Shown here piece after piece: positions 50,192-61,979 of a stretch of 64,000 nucleotides of DNA. The translations under genes were made by a program, and so were the position numbers. Each line of letters opens with the position of its first letter. Position 1 is the stretch's first letter. Source of the DNA: Squalus acanthias (Eukaryota); contig CM059449.1 of NCBI GenBank assembly GCA_030390025.1, positions 17,050,001 through 17,114,000 on the forward strand. The letters are read 5' to 3'. Under the pieces are notes generated by a model. That model saw only the letters and a program-made list of their open reading frames with translations, made no database searches and was not told where the DNA came from.

Positions 50192-52168
50192 TTTTCTATG
50201 CCACGGCTAATAAAGGTAAGCATTCCGTATGCCTTCTTAACCACCTTATCTACCTGGTCTGCTAACTTCAGGGATGTGTGGGCATGCATTCTAATATCCC
50301 TCTGTTCCTCTATGCTTCTCAGTATCCTACTATTAAATGTGTATTCCTTTGCCTTATTAGCACTCCCCAAGTGCATCATACTTCTCCAGATTTTTTCTAA
50401 TTCCTTCACAGGATGTCGGCATTGCTGGGAAGGCCAGCAATTATTGCCCATCACCCAATTGCCCTCGTGACGGTGGCGGTGAGTTGCCTTCTTGATTAAG
50501 TGGCTTGCTAGGCCATTTCAGAGGGCAGTTAAGAGCCTACCACATTTCTGTGGGTCTGGAGTCACATATAGGCCAGGCTAGGTACGGACGGCAGATTTTC
50601 TTCCCTAAAGGACACTGCTGAACCAGATGGATTTTTACGACCATCTGGTAGTTTCATGTAATTTGTGTAATTCATTGAAATTAAATTCTTCAGCTGCAGT
50701 GGTGGTGATATGAACTCATATCTCCGGATCATTAGTCCAGGACCCTGAATTACTAGACCAGTTACATAACCATTATGGTACCGTACCCCCAATTCCATTT
50801 GCCACTTTTCTGCCCAGCTGATCAGCCATTGATATATTCCTGCATTCTACAGCATTCATCTTCATTATCAACCAAACCGTCAATTTTTGTATCATCTGGA
50901 AACTTCTTCATCATGCCCCTTAATTGAAGTCTATATCGATTCTATCTTTTAATGTAGTATAGGTGCAAGATAGTAATTCTTTCCAAGTGATTGATTAACA
51001 TTCTCTGAATCAAGGTGTATAAAATTATGAGGGGTCTAGTTAGAGGGGATAGGAAGGACCTATTTCCCTTAGCAGAAGGGTCAATAACCTGGGGACATAG
51101 ATTTAAAGTAATTGGTAGAAGGATTAGGGAGGATTTGAGGAGAATGCTTTCAACCAGAGGACGGTGGGGATCTGGAACTCACTGCCTGAAAGCGTGGTAG
51201 TGGCAGAAACCCTCATCGCATGTAAACTGTACTTGGATATACACTAGAAGTGCTGTAACCAACAGGGCTACGGACCAAGAGCTTGAAAGTGGGATTAGGC
51301 TGGAGAACTGTTTTTTGGCCGGCACAGTCAGGTTGGGACGAATGGCCTCCTTCTGTACCATAAACTTCTATGATTATAAGAAGCCTATATTTGTGAAGGA
51401 GGAGGGATGGTCCTGGTTATGTTAAGCTTATGGATTTTTAATGAGCTGCAAGACGACCATTCTTGACTTGAATCTAAGTTCAGCAGCTCCTGACAGTGCC
51501 GTGTTGCTATTGCAAAACATAAACAGGAAATGCTGAACGTGCTCAGCATGTCAGTCAACATAGAATCATAGAAAGTTACAGCACGGAAGGAGCCATTTCG
51601 GCCCATCGTGTCTGCGCCGGCCAACAAAGAACTATCCAGCCTAATCCCACTTCCCAGCTCTTGGTCCGTAGCCCTGCAGGTTAGAGCATCCCAGGTGCAC
51701 ATCCAAGTACTTTTTAAATGTGGTTAGGGTTCCTGCCTCTACCACCCTTTCAGGCTGTGAGTTCCAGACCCCCACAACCCTCTGGGTGAAGAAATTTCCT
51801 CACAAATCCCCTCTGAACCTTCCAGCAATTATTGTAAATCTGTGCCCCTTAGTTATTGACCCATCTGCTAAGGCAAATAGTTGCTTTCTATCCACTTTAT
51901 CTGTGCCCCTCATAATTTTATACACCTCAATAAGGTCTCCACCAAGCCTCCTCTGTTCCAAGGAAAACAGACCCAGCTTATCTAGTCTTTCCTCATAGCT
52001 AAGATTCTCTATTCCCGGGAACATCCTTGTAAATCTCCTCTGTACCCTCTCTAGTGGAATCACATCTTTCCTGTAATGTGGTGACCAGAACTGCACGCAA
52101 TACTCTAGCTGAGGCCTAATTAGTGTTATATACAGTTGAAGTATAACCCCCCTGCTCTTGTTTTCTAT

Positions 52169-52368
52169 CACCAGGTTATAGTCCAACAGCTTTATTTGAA
52201 ATCACAACCTTTCGGAGCGCTACTCCTTCGTCAGGTGACTTCACCTGACTAAGGAGCAGTGCTCCGAAAGGTTGTGATTTCAAATAAAGCTGTTAGACTA
52301 TAACCTGGTGTTGTGCGACTTGTCACTTTTGTCCACTCCAGTCCAACGCCCGCATCTCCTCATCATGG
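52169..52368. mobile_element. Penelope-type inverted terminal-repeat insert with hammerhead cores and a 12-bp TSD
   Basis: 70-bp inverted arms 52169-52238 / 52241-52310; TSD cttgttttctat; the minus arm reads cctgacgaaggagtagcgctccgaaagg. Confidence 0.75.
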
Positions 52369-55300
52369 CTTGTTTTCTATGCCACGGCTAATAAAAGCAA
52401 GCATTCCATATGCCTTCTTAACATCCTTACCTAACTGGCCTGCTACCTTCAGGGATCTGTCGGCATGCATTCCAACGCCCCTCTGTTCCTCTATTCTTCT
52501 CAGTATCCTACCATTTAATGTTTATTCCTTTACCTTATTAGCACTCTCCAAGTGCCTCATACTTCTCCAGATTTTTTCTTATTCCTTTCCAGGATGTGGG
52601 CATTGCTGGGAAGGCCAGCATTTATTGCCCATTCCCCAATCGCCCTCACGAAGGTGGCGGTAAGTTGCCTTTTTGAATAAGTGGCTTGCTAGGCCATTTC
52701 AGAGCGCAGTTAAGAGCCTACCACATTTCTGTCGGTCTGTAGTCACATATAGGCCAGATTAGGTAAGGACGGCAGATTTCCTTCCCTAAAGGACATTAGT
52801 GAACCAGATGGGTTTTGACGACAATCTGGTAGTTTCATGTAATTTGTGTAATTCATTGAATTTAAATTCTTCAGCTGCAGTGGTGGTGATATGAACTCAT
52901 ATCTCCGGATCATTAGTCCAGGCATCTGAATTACTAGACCAGTAACATAACCATTATGGTACCGAACCCCCAATTCCATTTGCCACGTTTCTGCCCAGCT
53001 GATCAGTCCATTGATATATTCATGCATTCTACAGCTTTCATCCACATTATCAACCAAACGGCCAATTTTTGTATCATCTGCAAACTTCTTCATCATGCCC
53101 CTTACTTGTATCTCTCTCGATTATATCTTTTAATGTAGTATCGCTGCAAGATAGTAATTCTTTCCAAGTAATTGATTAACATTCTCTTAATCGAGGTGTA
53201 TAAAATTATGAGGGTCCTCGATAGAGTGGATAGGAAGGACCTATTTCCCTTAGCAGAAGGGTCAATGACCAGGGGACATAGATTTAGAGTAATTGGTAGA
53301 AGGATTAGGGAGGAATTGAGGAGAATGCTTTCACCCAGATGGTGCTGGGCGTCTGGAACTCACTGCCTGAATGTGTGGTAGAGGCAGAAACCCTCATCGC
53401 ATTTAAACTGTACTTGGATATACACTAGAAGTGCTGTAACCTACAGGGCTACGGACCAAGAGCTGGAAAGTGGGATAAGGCTGGACAGCTGTGATCGGCC
53501 GGCACAGTCAGGATGGGCCGAATGGCCTCCTTCTGTGCCATAAACCTCTATAATTATAAGAAGCCTATATTTGTGAAGGAGGAGGGATGGTCCTGGTTAT
53601 GTCAAGCACATGGATTTTAACGAGCTGCAAGACAACCATTCGTGACATGATTCTCCGTTCTGCACCTCCTTACAGAGTAGTGTTGCTGTTGCGAAACATA
53701 AACAGGAAATGCTGAAAGTGCTCAGCATTTCAGTCGAACCAGAATCATAGAATCATAGAAAGTTACAGCACGGAAGGAGCAATTTCGGCCCATCGTGTCT
53801 GCGCCGGCCAACAAAGAACTACCAGCCTAATCCCACTTCCCAGCTCTTGGTCCGTAGCCCTGCAGGTTAGACATCTCACGTGCACATCCAAGTACTTTTT
53901 AAATGTGGTTCGGCTTCCTGCCTCTACCACCCTTTCAGGCAGTGAGTTCCAGACCCCCACACACCTCTGGGTGAAGAAATTTCTCCTCAGATCCCCTCTA
54001 AACCTTCCACCAATTAGTGTAAATCTGTGCGCCTTGCTTTTTGACCCCTCTGGTAAGCGAAATAGGTCCTTTGTGTCCACTTTGTCTTTCACCCTCATAA
54101 TTTTATACATCTCAATTAGGTGTCCCCTCAGCCTCCTCTGTTCAAGGAAAACAGTCCCAGCCTATCCAGTCTTTCCTCATAGCTAGGATTCTCCAAGCCC
54201 AGCAACATCCTTGTAAATCTCCTCTGTACCCTCTCTAGTGCAATCACATATTTCCTGCAATGTGGTGACCAGAACTGCACGCAGTACTCCAGCTGAGGTC
54301 TAACTAGTGTTTTATACAGTTGAAGTATAACCCCCCTGCTCTTGTTTTCTATGCCACGGCTAATAAAGGCAAGCATTCCGTATTCCTTCTTCACCACCTT
54401 ATCTACCTTGCCTGCTACCTTCAGGGATCTGTGGTCATGCATTCCAAGGACACTCTGTTCCTCTATGCTTCTCAGTATCCTACTATTTAATGTGTGTTCC
54501 TTTGCCTTATTAGCACTCCCCAAGTGCATCATACTTCTCCAGATTTTTTCTTATCCCTTCACAGGATGTGGGCATTGCTGGGAAGGCCTGCATTTATTGT
54601 CCGTCCCCCAATTGCCCTCGCGAAGGTGGCGGTGAGTTGCCTTTTTCAATATGTGGCTTGCTAGGCCATTTCAGAGGGCAGTTAAGAGCTTACCACATTT
54701 CTGTCGGTCTGGAGTCACATATAGGCCAGATTAGGTAAGGACGGCAGATTTTCTTCCCTAAAGGACATTAGTGAACCAGATGGGTTGTTACGACAATCTG
54801 GTAGTTTCATGTCATTTGTAATTCATTGAATTTAAATCCTTCAGCTACAGTGGTGGTGATATGAACTGATATCTCCGGATCATAAGTCCAGGCCTCTGAA
54901 TTACTAGACCAGTAACATAATCATTATGGTACCGTACCCCCAATTCCATTTGTTACTTTTCTGCTCAGCTGACCAGTCCATTGATATATTGCTGCATTCT
55001 ACAGCTTTCATCCTCATTATCAATTAAACGGCCAATTTTTGTATCATCTGCAAACTTCTTCATCATGCCCCCTACATTGAAGTCTATATCGATTATATCT
55101 TTTAATGTAGTATCGCTGCAAGATAGTAATTCTTTCCAAGTAATTGATTAATATTCTCTTAATCAAGGTGTATAAAATTATGAGAGGCTTAGAATGAGTG
55201 GATAGGTAGGACCTATTTCCCTTAGCAGAAGGGTCAATAACCAGGGGACATAGATTTAAAGTAATTGGTAGAAGGATTAGGGAGGATTTGAGTAGAATGC

Positions 55301-55369
55301 TTTCACCCAGAGTGTGGTGGGGGTCTGGAACTCACTGCCTGAACGGGTGGTAGAGGCAGAAACCTCTCA

Positions 55370-55925
55370 CTCTCACCTCTGGAATTCAGCTCCTTTGTCC
55401 ATGTTTGGACCAAGGCTGCAATGCGGTCGGGAGCCGAGTGGTCTTGGCGGAACCCAAACTGGGCATCAGCGAGCAGGGTATTGGTGAGTAAGTGCCGCTT
55501 GATAGCACTGTCGATGACACCTTCCGTCACTTTGCTGATGATTGTGAGTAGACTGATGGGGCGGTAATTGGCCGGGTTGGATTTGTCCTGCTTCTTGTGG
55601 ACAGGACATACCTGGGCAGTTTTCCACATGGTCGGATAGATGTCAGTATTGTAGCTGTACTAGAATAGTCTTGTCTAGAGGCGCGGCTAGTTCTGGAGCA
55701 CAAGTCTTCAGCACGATAGCCGGGATGTTGTCGGGGCCCATAGCCTTTGCTGTATCCAGTGCGCTCAGCCGTTTCTTGATATCACGTGGAGTGAATCCAA
55801 TTGTCTGAAGATTGACTTCTGTGATGTTGGGGACCTTTGGAGTATGCCGATATGGATCATCCACTCGGCACTTCTGGCTGAAGTTGGTTGCAAACGCTTC
55901 AGCCTTGTCTTAAGCACTCACGTGC
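55370..55925 (-). mobile_element. LINE RT fragment terminating the tandem array
   Basis: KAMGPDNIP..LKTCAPELA; WKTAQVCPVHKKQDKSNPANYRPISLL; QFGFR. Confidence 0.88.
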
Positions 55926-56711
55926 TGGTACTCCCTCCCTAACAGGACTGTGGGAGTACCTTCACCACACGGACTGCAGCGGTTCAAGAAGGCGGCTCAC
56001 CACCACCCTCTCAAGGGCAATTAGGAATGGGCAATAAATGCTGGCCTTGTCAGCGACGCCCGCATCCCATGAATATTTTAAAACTATGTGGCTGATTCTC
56101 CTGTTCCTGCGCATAGGACTATTGAAACCCCTGAGCGCAGCGAATGCAGCAACATCGGACAGGATGTGGTTAGGGGCGTCTGCTGCTCTCCACCCGCTTT
56201 TCCTGCATTGGTTGCGCCCAGGCGCAGGAACGGGGAAAGACTGCCCCTTAAACTTTTATGCGTTCACTTTCATGCAAGCCCATATATTTTCTCCTGTGGG
56301 CCATTTGCAACGAGTTCTAAGATCTTGCAGGGAAGAGGAAAATAGCAGACAATAATGTGCTTTATTATGATCAAATCTATTGCAAACAGTTCCCAAATAT
56401 TAACTCAATATTTCCAATGCGGCCGAAATTCCACCATAACTTCAACTGAGATCGAGGGAAACTACAAATTGCTCTTTTATATTACTGCTAATGCATACAG
56501 TTTTTTTATACGACTGCATATTTAAATGTGCATTTGTAAGTTTGCGGTTCGGCATCACAGTCGCTGCAATTTCAATTCAAACTATTCTGTTGAATAGTGA
56601 TTGGTATTTGACACGAGTATTTTGCTAAACTAGCCCATTTAAAAAAGGAAGTTTTCCGTCCTGTCAACGCGGTTTACAATTCAGCCCGGGTCTCAGCTTT
56701 TGAGCTATAAA

Positions 56712-57080
56712 TAACAACAGAAAACGCGGGAAAAACTCAGCAGGCCAGGCAGCATCCGTGGAGAGAGAAACAGAGTTAACGTTTCAGGTCGAAGACCTTT
56801 CGTCAGAACTGGAAAAAAGCAGGAAATGAAATAGATTTAAAGCAAGTATAATGCTGGGGAAAGGGGGTTTGGATGAAAGAACAAAAGGCAAGGTCAGTGG
56901 TGGGATAGAAAGCAGGAGAGATTAAGAGACATTAAGAGATAATCAAGGCAGGAGGAGGTGGTAATGTGACAGGTTGAGGCTAGTTGAAGTGTGAGATGCG
57001 CTGGCAGAATGAAGGACAGCTGCCAGCTTCTGGGAGGGAAGAAAAAAGGCCAAACAAAAGGGTTCGCTATAATCCCCGCA
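56712..57080 (-). mobile_element. Penelope-like terminal repeat with an intact minimal hammerhead core (56780-56809)
   Basis: Minus strand: ttCTGACGA a aggtc-ttc-gacct GAAAcg. Confidence 0.7.
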
Positions 57081-57507
57081 TGCTTCATTGCTGCCTCTGT
57101 ATCTCTCACTCCTGGCCTGTTCTGATTTATCTCCGAATGCACATTCATTAATAGGTCAGCCAGACATCTGGCTTAGCAGCTTTAAGCCAGAAGTGTCTCC
57201 CACGCTTTCCTTTTCTGCGGAAGATTTTGATTTTGCAAGTTCTCCGCGCAGTTAATTTCAGTTACCATGGACACTGAAGTACAACTGAAGTGGATTCCAA
57301 ACCACAGCTTGTGCCTGGTATTCTGGCATCTATGTCCCTGCAGAGGCGGGAACAAATCAAAACCGAGAATGCCAATTGGGCGATTGGGTCCGTTACGTCA
57401 CATACTGTGTCATGCGCCTCTCCACAGTTAGAATTCGATTGTTATTTTTCTCTGATCCTGCACTGCTGTTCCTCAACTGACTTCATGCCCAGAACTGTGC
57501 AGACACC

Positions 57508-57559
57508 ATGAACTTTAGCCATGTTATTGGAACAATCTGGGTAACGGCTATGATCGCCG
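57508..57559 (+). CDS. Gene 3 leader exon
   Basis: 52 nt (17 codons + 1), good Kozak context, gtaagg donor. Confidence 0.78.
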
Positions 57560-60047
57560 GTAAGGAACTATTTTATGTTATGTCGGTTTCCAATTGCAAG
57601 ATGAGAGTACAAACCGGAAAGAAAGCAACATCCTCTTGTAGCGCATTCTTATATTGTTTCATTTGTTAAATTCAAGTACTCTTAGATATTATGATCCGCA
57701 CGCGGATAAATAAATAGGGCGTTAAGCTTTAAAAAGAAATCAATGGTACCGAAAGGACAGCTTTCCAAACTTGAAATGGTTGACGTGACTGAGAAATGTG
57801 CCGATTTCAAATACATACACGCGCAATGATCACCGAGCCATTATTGTTTAGCAACCCTCGCCGACAATCAAAGCTGGCGCCCATCTTAAGTGAATGGCCC
57901 AAAATTGCAAGGAATTAAATCAACATTTTGAAATAACACAGATCCGAATAATTTCTTAATATCATTGAGGGGCCTAGATAGAGTGGATAGGAAGGATCTA
58001 TGTCCCTTAGCAGAAGGGGTCAATAACCAGGGGGCATAGATTTAAAGTAATTGGTAGAAGGTTTAGAAGGGAGTTGAGGAGAATTTTCTTCACCCAGAGG
58101 GCGGTGGGGGTCTGGAACTGAATGCCTGAAAGGGTGGTAGAGGCAAAAAACCTCATCGCATTTAAAAAGTACTTGGATATGCACTTGGAGTGTTGTAAAC
58201 TACAAGGCTACAGACCAAACGCTGGAAAGTGGGATTAGGCTGGATTGCTCTTTGTCGGCCGGCGCGGACAAGATGGGCCGAATGGACTCCTCCTGTGACG
58301 TAAATTTCTATGATTCTATGATTTGATTTATTCCCAATCCTTTTATTTCGGTGTTCTGAAGTGATAATAAGATGAAAAATAGCCGATATATTAAGAATGT
58401 AACGAAGCAATTTTAAAAAACGCCATAAGTGTGTTAGAATATAAAGCCATGATAGTGTCAGAGAACTAAACTAAGCTTCTAAATGCACGGGTCAACTATT
58501 GTTAAAATCCTACTTTCAGCTTTCCTATCGATGACACAAAATATATCTGGACTGGAAAGGGTGCATTGAGGAGCAACAAAACCCTTCCGAAGTGTAAAGA
58601 GATGATACGTGAGGAGAGATAAGCGAAGCATAAGTGTTTCAGTCTTAAAATAAGGCAGTTAAGTGCCGGGGGCGGCGGGGGGTGAGTGTGGCGCGGGGGG
58701 GGGGGGGGGGGGGAATTTAATCATAAATGCTATAGATAAAGTGCATCCCGATTATTCCGTCGAAGCCATGAAAGTAGAATCAGATCCATCAATGGGTAAT
58801 AGTGAAAAGGGACATTTTAAGCTAAAAGCAAGAACAACGTGTTTGTCTCAAAACTTGTAGGAATTTATATAGCGCGCAATAGAGGTAAATATTGGGGCTA
58901 CTCAAAATGCAATTAAATGCCGTGGCGGGAGTTCGTGTATCTAATGGTAGATTTTGATGGGTTGAGGGACATTTTCTCGTCACAGGCTTTTTAAGTGCCT
59001 TTAGAGCCATGTTTTATTGCACCAACTAACAACACGGGCTATATACAGTCAATGTCACTGTATTAATATCCGTGTTTTTCTAAATATATTTGAACAATGT
59101 ATCCTTAAAAATTGCCATTCGGCAGAGTGGCGGCGCGCACGCCTCGCTCAACTGTAACAATACTGATAATTTTTAAAGGTTTAAGGACTCTTTTAAACGC
59201 TGCGAGCATTCATGCCTAATATAGGAAGCAGTACTTTCCAGGGCAAAAGATCTCACCCCACTGTGTATTGTATTGACTTCACCCATCCACAGCAGTTACT
59301 GTTGGAAAAATCACCGTAATTCAGAGCCCGCAATCACTCACCAAAACCGCGGGACAGACAGCGGACCTGCTCTGCAGATATGAGGGTCCCAAAGGAATCG
59401 GCAGCTGCACGTGGCACCGAGGCACCAAACAGGGAAATGAAGTTTCTAACAATACAGCGGAATACAGAGGCAGGGTGTTCGGGGCAAGTGAAGAGGAATT
59501 CAGCCAGAGGGGAGACGCGTCCATTAGAATAATCCAGCTGAAACCGGAAGATACCGGGCTCTATTTTTGCAAACTGGAGCTCTTGGGATTCGCTGCAGCA
59601 GACGGACCCGGGACAACAGTGACCGTGGAACGGGGTAAGTTTGTATTTTTTTTGAAAAGTAGACGGGTTCTTTTAAGTGCGAGAGGTGTGCCCTGCCAGG
59701 TTACCACCCAGGATGGTAACGGCGAACTTCCAGCCCGGAGGACGTCTTAGCCCCCTTGCGTTACTCGTTGCCTTGGACCAGAAAGCGATAGGGAGATTTT
59801 TTAGACCTGTTATTCCATAGGTGCCGAAACGGAATTTAAGATAATGAGCAACGAAGAGCCTACAAGCTTCTTCAGCGACGTCCGGATTCTATGGTGTGTC
59901 CGTGCTGCAGTGATAGCTTTACTGGTCGTTTTTGGAATCATCGTCGCTATCTATCTGCTTCCGTCAGAAGAGGTACTGGTAGCGAATGTCAATATATGTA
60001 TTATTTACTGTTTGGGACGCATGGAAAAGTATTTTACAATTGTTTAG
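57508..60047 (+). CDS. NKp30/NCR3-like single V-domain receptor, gene 3 (activating-type). Model: join(57508..57559, 59293..59634, 59821..59972 or read-through to the stop at 60047)
   Basis: caccATG start; leader MNFSHVIGTIWVTAMIA+G|gtaagg; 342-nt V exon; TM exon GAETEFKIMSNEEPTSFFSDVRILWCVRAAVIALLVVFGIIVAIYLLPSEE with an intramembrane Arg placed like NKp30 (LLLRAG). Confidence 0.85.
57955..58322 (+). mobile_element. CR1 3' end in gene 3 intron 1
   Basis: RVDRKDL.PLAEG...WN..PERVVEA coding end plus a ttctatga tail. Confidence 0.85.
59293..59634 (+). CDS. Gene 3 Ig V-set (VJ-type) exon
   Basis: ccacag/gtaagt, phase 1-1. AVTVGKITVIQSPQSLTKTAGQTADLLCRYEGPKGIGSCTWHRG...DTGLYFCKLELLGFAAADGPGTTVTVER; 17 nt differences from the gene 1 V exon. 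Confidence 0.92.
59821..59972 (+). CDS. Gene 3 stalk/TM exon with Arg
   Basis: ttccatag acceptor, phase 1, hydrophobic ILWCVRAAVIALLVVFGIIVAIYLL. The 3' end is uncertain (GAG|gtactg donor or read-through to 60047). Confidence 0.82.
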
Positions 60048-60077
60048 CACAACGATTACACTCTGGTTCCATAGAAT

Positions 60078-60456
60078 GAGGGTACGATAGCAGAGTGGTA
60101 ATGTTACTGGACTGGTAATCCAGAAACCTGGACTAATAATCCGAGGACAAGCGTTTAAATCCCACCACGGCAGCTGGGAAATTTAAATTCAATTAAATAA
60201 ATCTGGGATAAAAAGCGAGCATCAGTAATGGTGAGCATGTAACTACCGGATTGTCGTCAAAACCCATCTGGTTCACTAATGTCCTTTAGGGAAGGAAATC
60301 TGCCATCCTTACCTGGTCTGGCCGATTTGTGACTCCAGACCCACAGCAATGTGGTTGACTCTTAACTGCCCTCTGAAATGGACTGGCAAGCCACTCAAGG
60401 GCAATTAGGGATGGGCAATAAATGCTGGCCTTGTCCACATCCCGTGAATGAATAAA
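60078..60456 (+). mobile_element. tRNA-derived SINE sharing its 3' tail with the second LINE family
   Basis: Head tagcagagtggtaatg...tttaaatccc; tail ggcaattagggatgggcaataaatgctggccttg matches the LINE 3' ends. The same SINE occurs in every array unit. Confidence 0.8.
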
Positions 60457-60784
60457 GAAAACGTTTATCGTTTAATTAATGTAAGATGCAGGAAGATAGC
60501 GGTGTGAGAAGGATTGCTGCACTTGGGTTCCAGCCAAGCAGAACCGCACAACAATGTCTGGATCCTTGAAGTCTGGCTCTGTAACAGTCTTAGCTCAAGA
60601 CTGAGCTGCGAGCACGTTTGATAAAGGCTCGCTCCCTCTCTCCGAACGTTAAGTGTTTCTAAAGCCGGGAGAGGAGAACACCTGCTCTCAAGACACATAA
60701 ATTGAGATGATATGGGTTTGCAAAGTGTTCAGGATGTCCAAGGAAACAGAGGGGAAGATAATCCTTCCAAAGTGGCCGTTACAT

Positions 60785-61220
60785 AGGATTACATTACATA
60801 AGATATACGGCACAGAAACAGGCCATTCGGCCCAGCTAGTCAATGCCAGTGTTTATTCTCCACTCGAGCCTCCTCCCGTCTCAATCGATCAGCATAACCC
60901 TCTATTCCCTTCTCCCTCATATGCTTGTCTAGCCTCCCCTTAAATGTATCTATACTATTCGCCTCAACCATTCCCTGTGGTAGCAAGTTGCACATTCTCA
61001 CCACTCTTTGGGTAAAGGAGTTTCTTCTGAATTCCCTATTGGATTTCTCGGTGACTATCTTATATTGATGGCCTCTAGTTATGCACTTCCCTACAAGTGG
61101 AAACATTATCTCTGTATCCACTCTATCAAAACCTTTCATAATTTTAAAGACCTCTGTTAGGTCAGCCTTCAGCCTTTTTGTTTTCAGGAGAAAAGAGACC
61201 CAGCCTGTTCATCCTTTCCT
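60785..61220 (-). mobile_element. CR1 3' end
   Basis: ORF 60840..61139 MKGFDRVD...FTQRVVRM. Confidence 0.85.
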
Positions 61221-61979
61221 TATATACATACTTTATTTGTTATATGTTATTTTACTGAAAACAGCTCACTGTAAAGCAGTTTCAGTTTGAGCTTTCTCTG
61301 GACAACTTCATTGCTTTCCCAAGGTTTCTCTGGCTTTCCTCTGGGGTGAGAAGAACCTCCGCGGAAAATCCAGGCGATTCCACTTACAAGGGAAAAATTG
61401 TAGGATTGTATCGTGCGGTAACTAAATTATTGTGTGTCTGCAAACTGAGTCTACTTTGAGCTCCATAGCACATTTCCAAATAATTAATTTGGCCATTCTT
61501 AAAGAAGGTCGTAAATGCAATACTGAGGGATATTTATATTCATCAGTTCTTGCAAAGCCCAGTTAAGCGCTAACATAATTAATTAGTACTGAACACATGA
61601 CAGCAGGACTAATACACTTTCCGAGTCTCATAAGGGTGATATTAACAATTTTGAAGTACCGCAATTTAAAAAAAAATGAAGCAGAGCTGGTTTGACACCG
61701 CTTGACAGGTTTTACCGGGTCGCCTGGGGTTTCCGCCGATCTTCTGCCGAAGTTACGGCGGGAGAAACCCCAGCGAAAATTCGCCCCTAGTGTTTGTAAC
61801 GTTCAGCTCAGAGTTATTTAATTAAATTGCTATGGACGCGATAGATAACACAGTCCTGTTTCCCAAATGGGAATTCTATGAAGATCCTGCAATAGGCAGT
61901 TATATAATTGAAGGACAGTGACAAATTAGCAGAAATAAATGATCCAAAGGTTTATAAACTAGTCTGAACTTCAAAAAAG

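Larger units (their letters stand above)
41630..55365. repeat. Tandem array of seven ~1.98-kb units made of CR1 (minus) + SINE (minus) + CR1 3' end (plus) + spacer
   Basis: The marker atagaaag(t)taacagcacggaagg recurs near 43580, 45555, 47530, 49510, 51570 and 53755; the first unit at ~41630 is diverged and the last is truncated at ~55365. Confidence 0.92.

Noticed and set aside
41630-55365. Many repeated short ORFs suggesting a tandem gene family or CRISPR-like array
   Set aside because: All are sense or antisense translations of CR1/SINE fragments; there is no repeat-spacer structure and the context is eukaryotic.
60078-60170. tRNA gene
   Set aside because: tRNA-derived SINE head, continuous with the SINE body and LINE-like tail.
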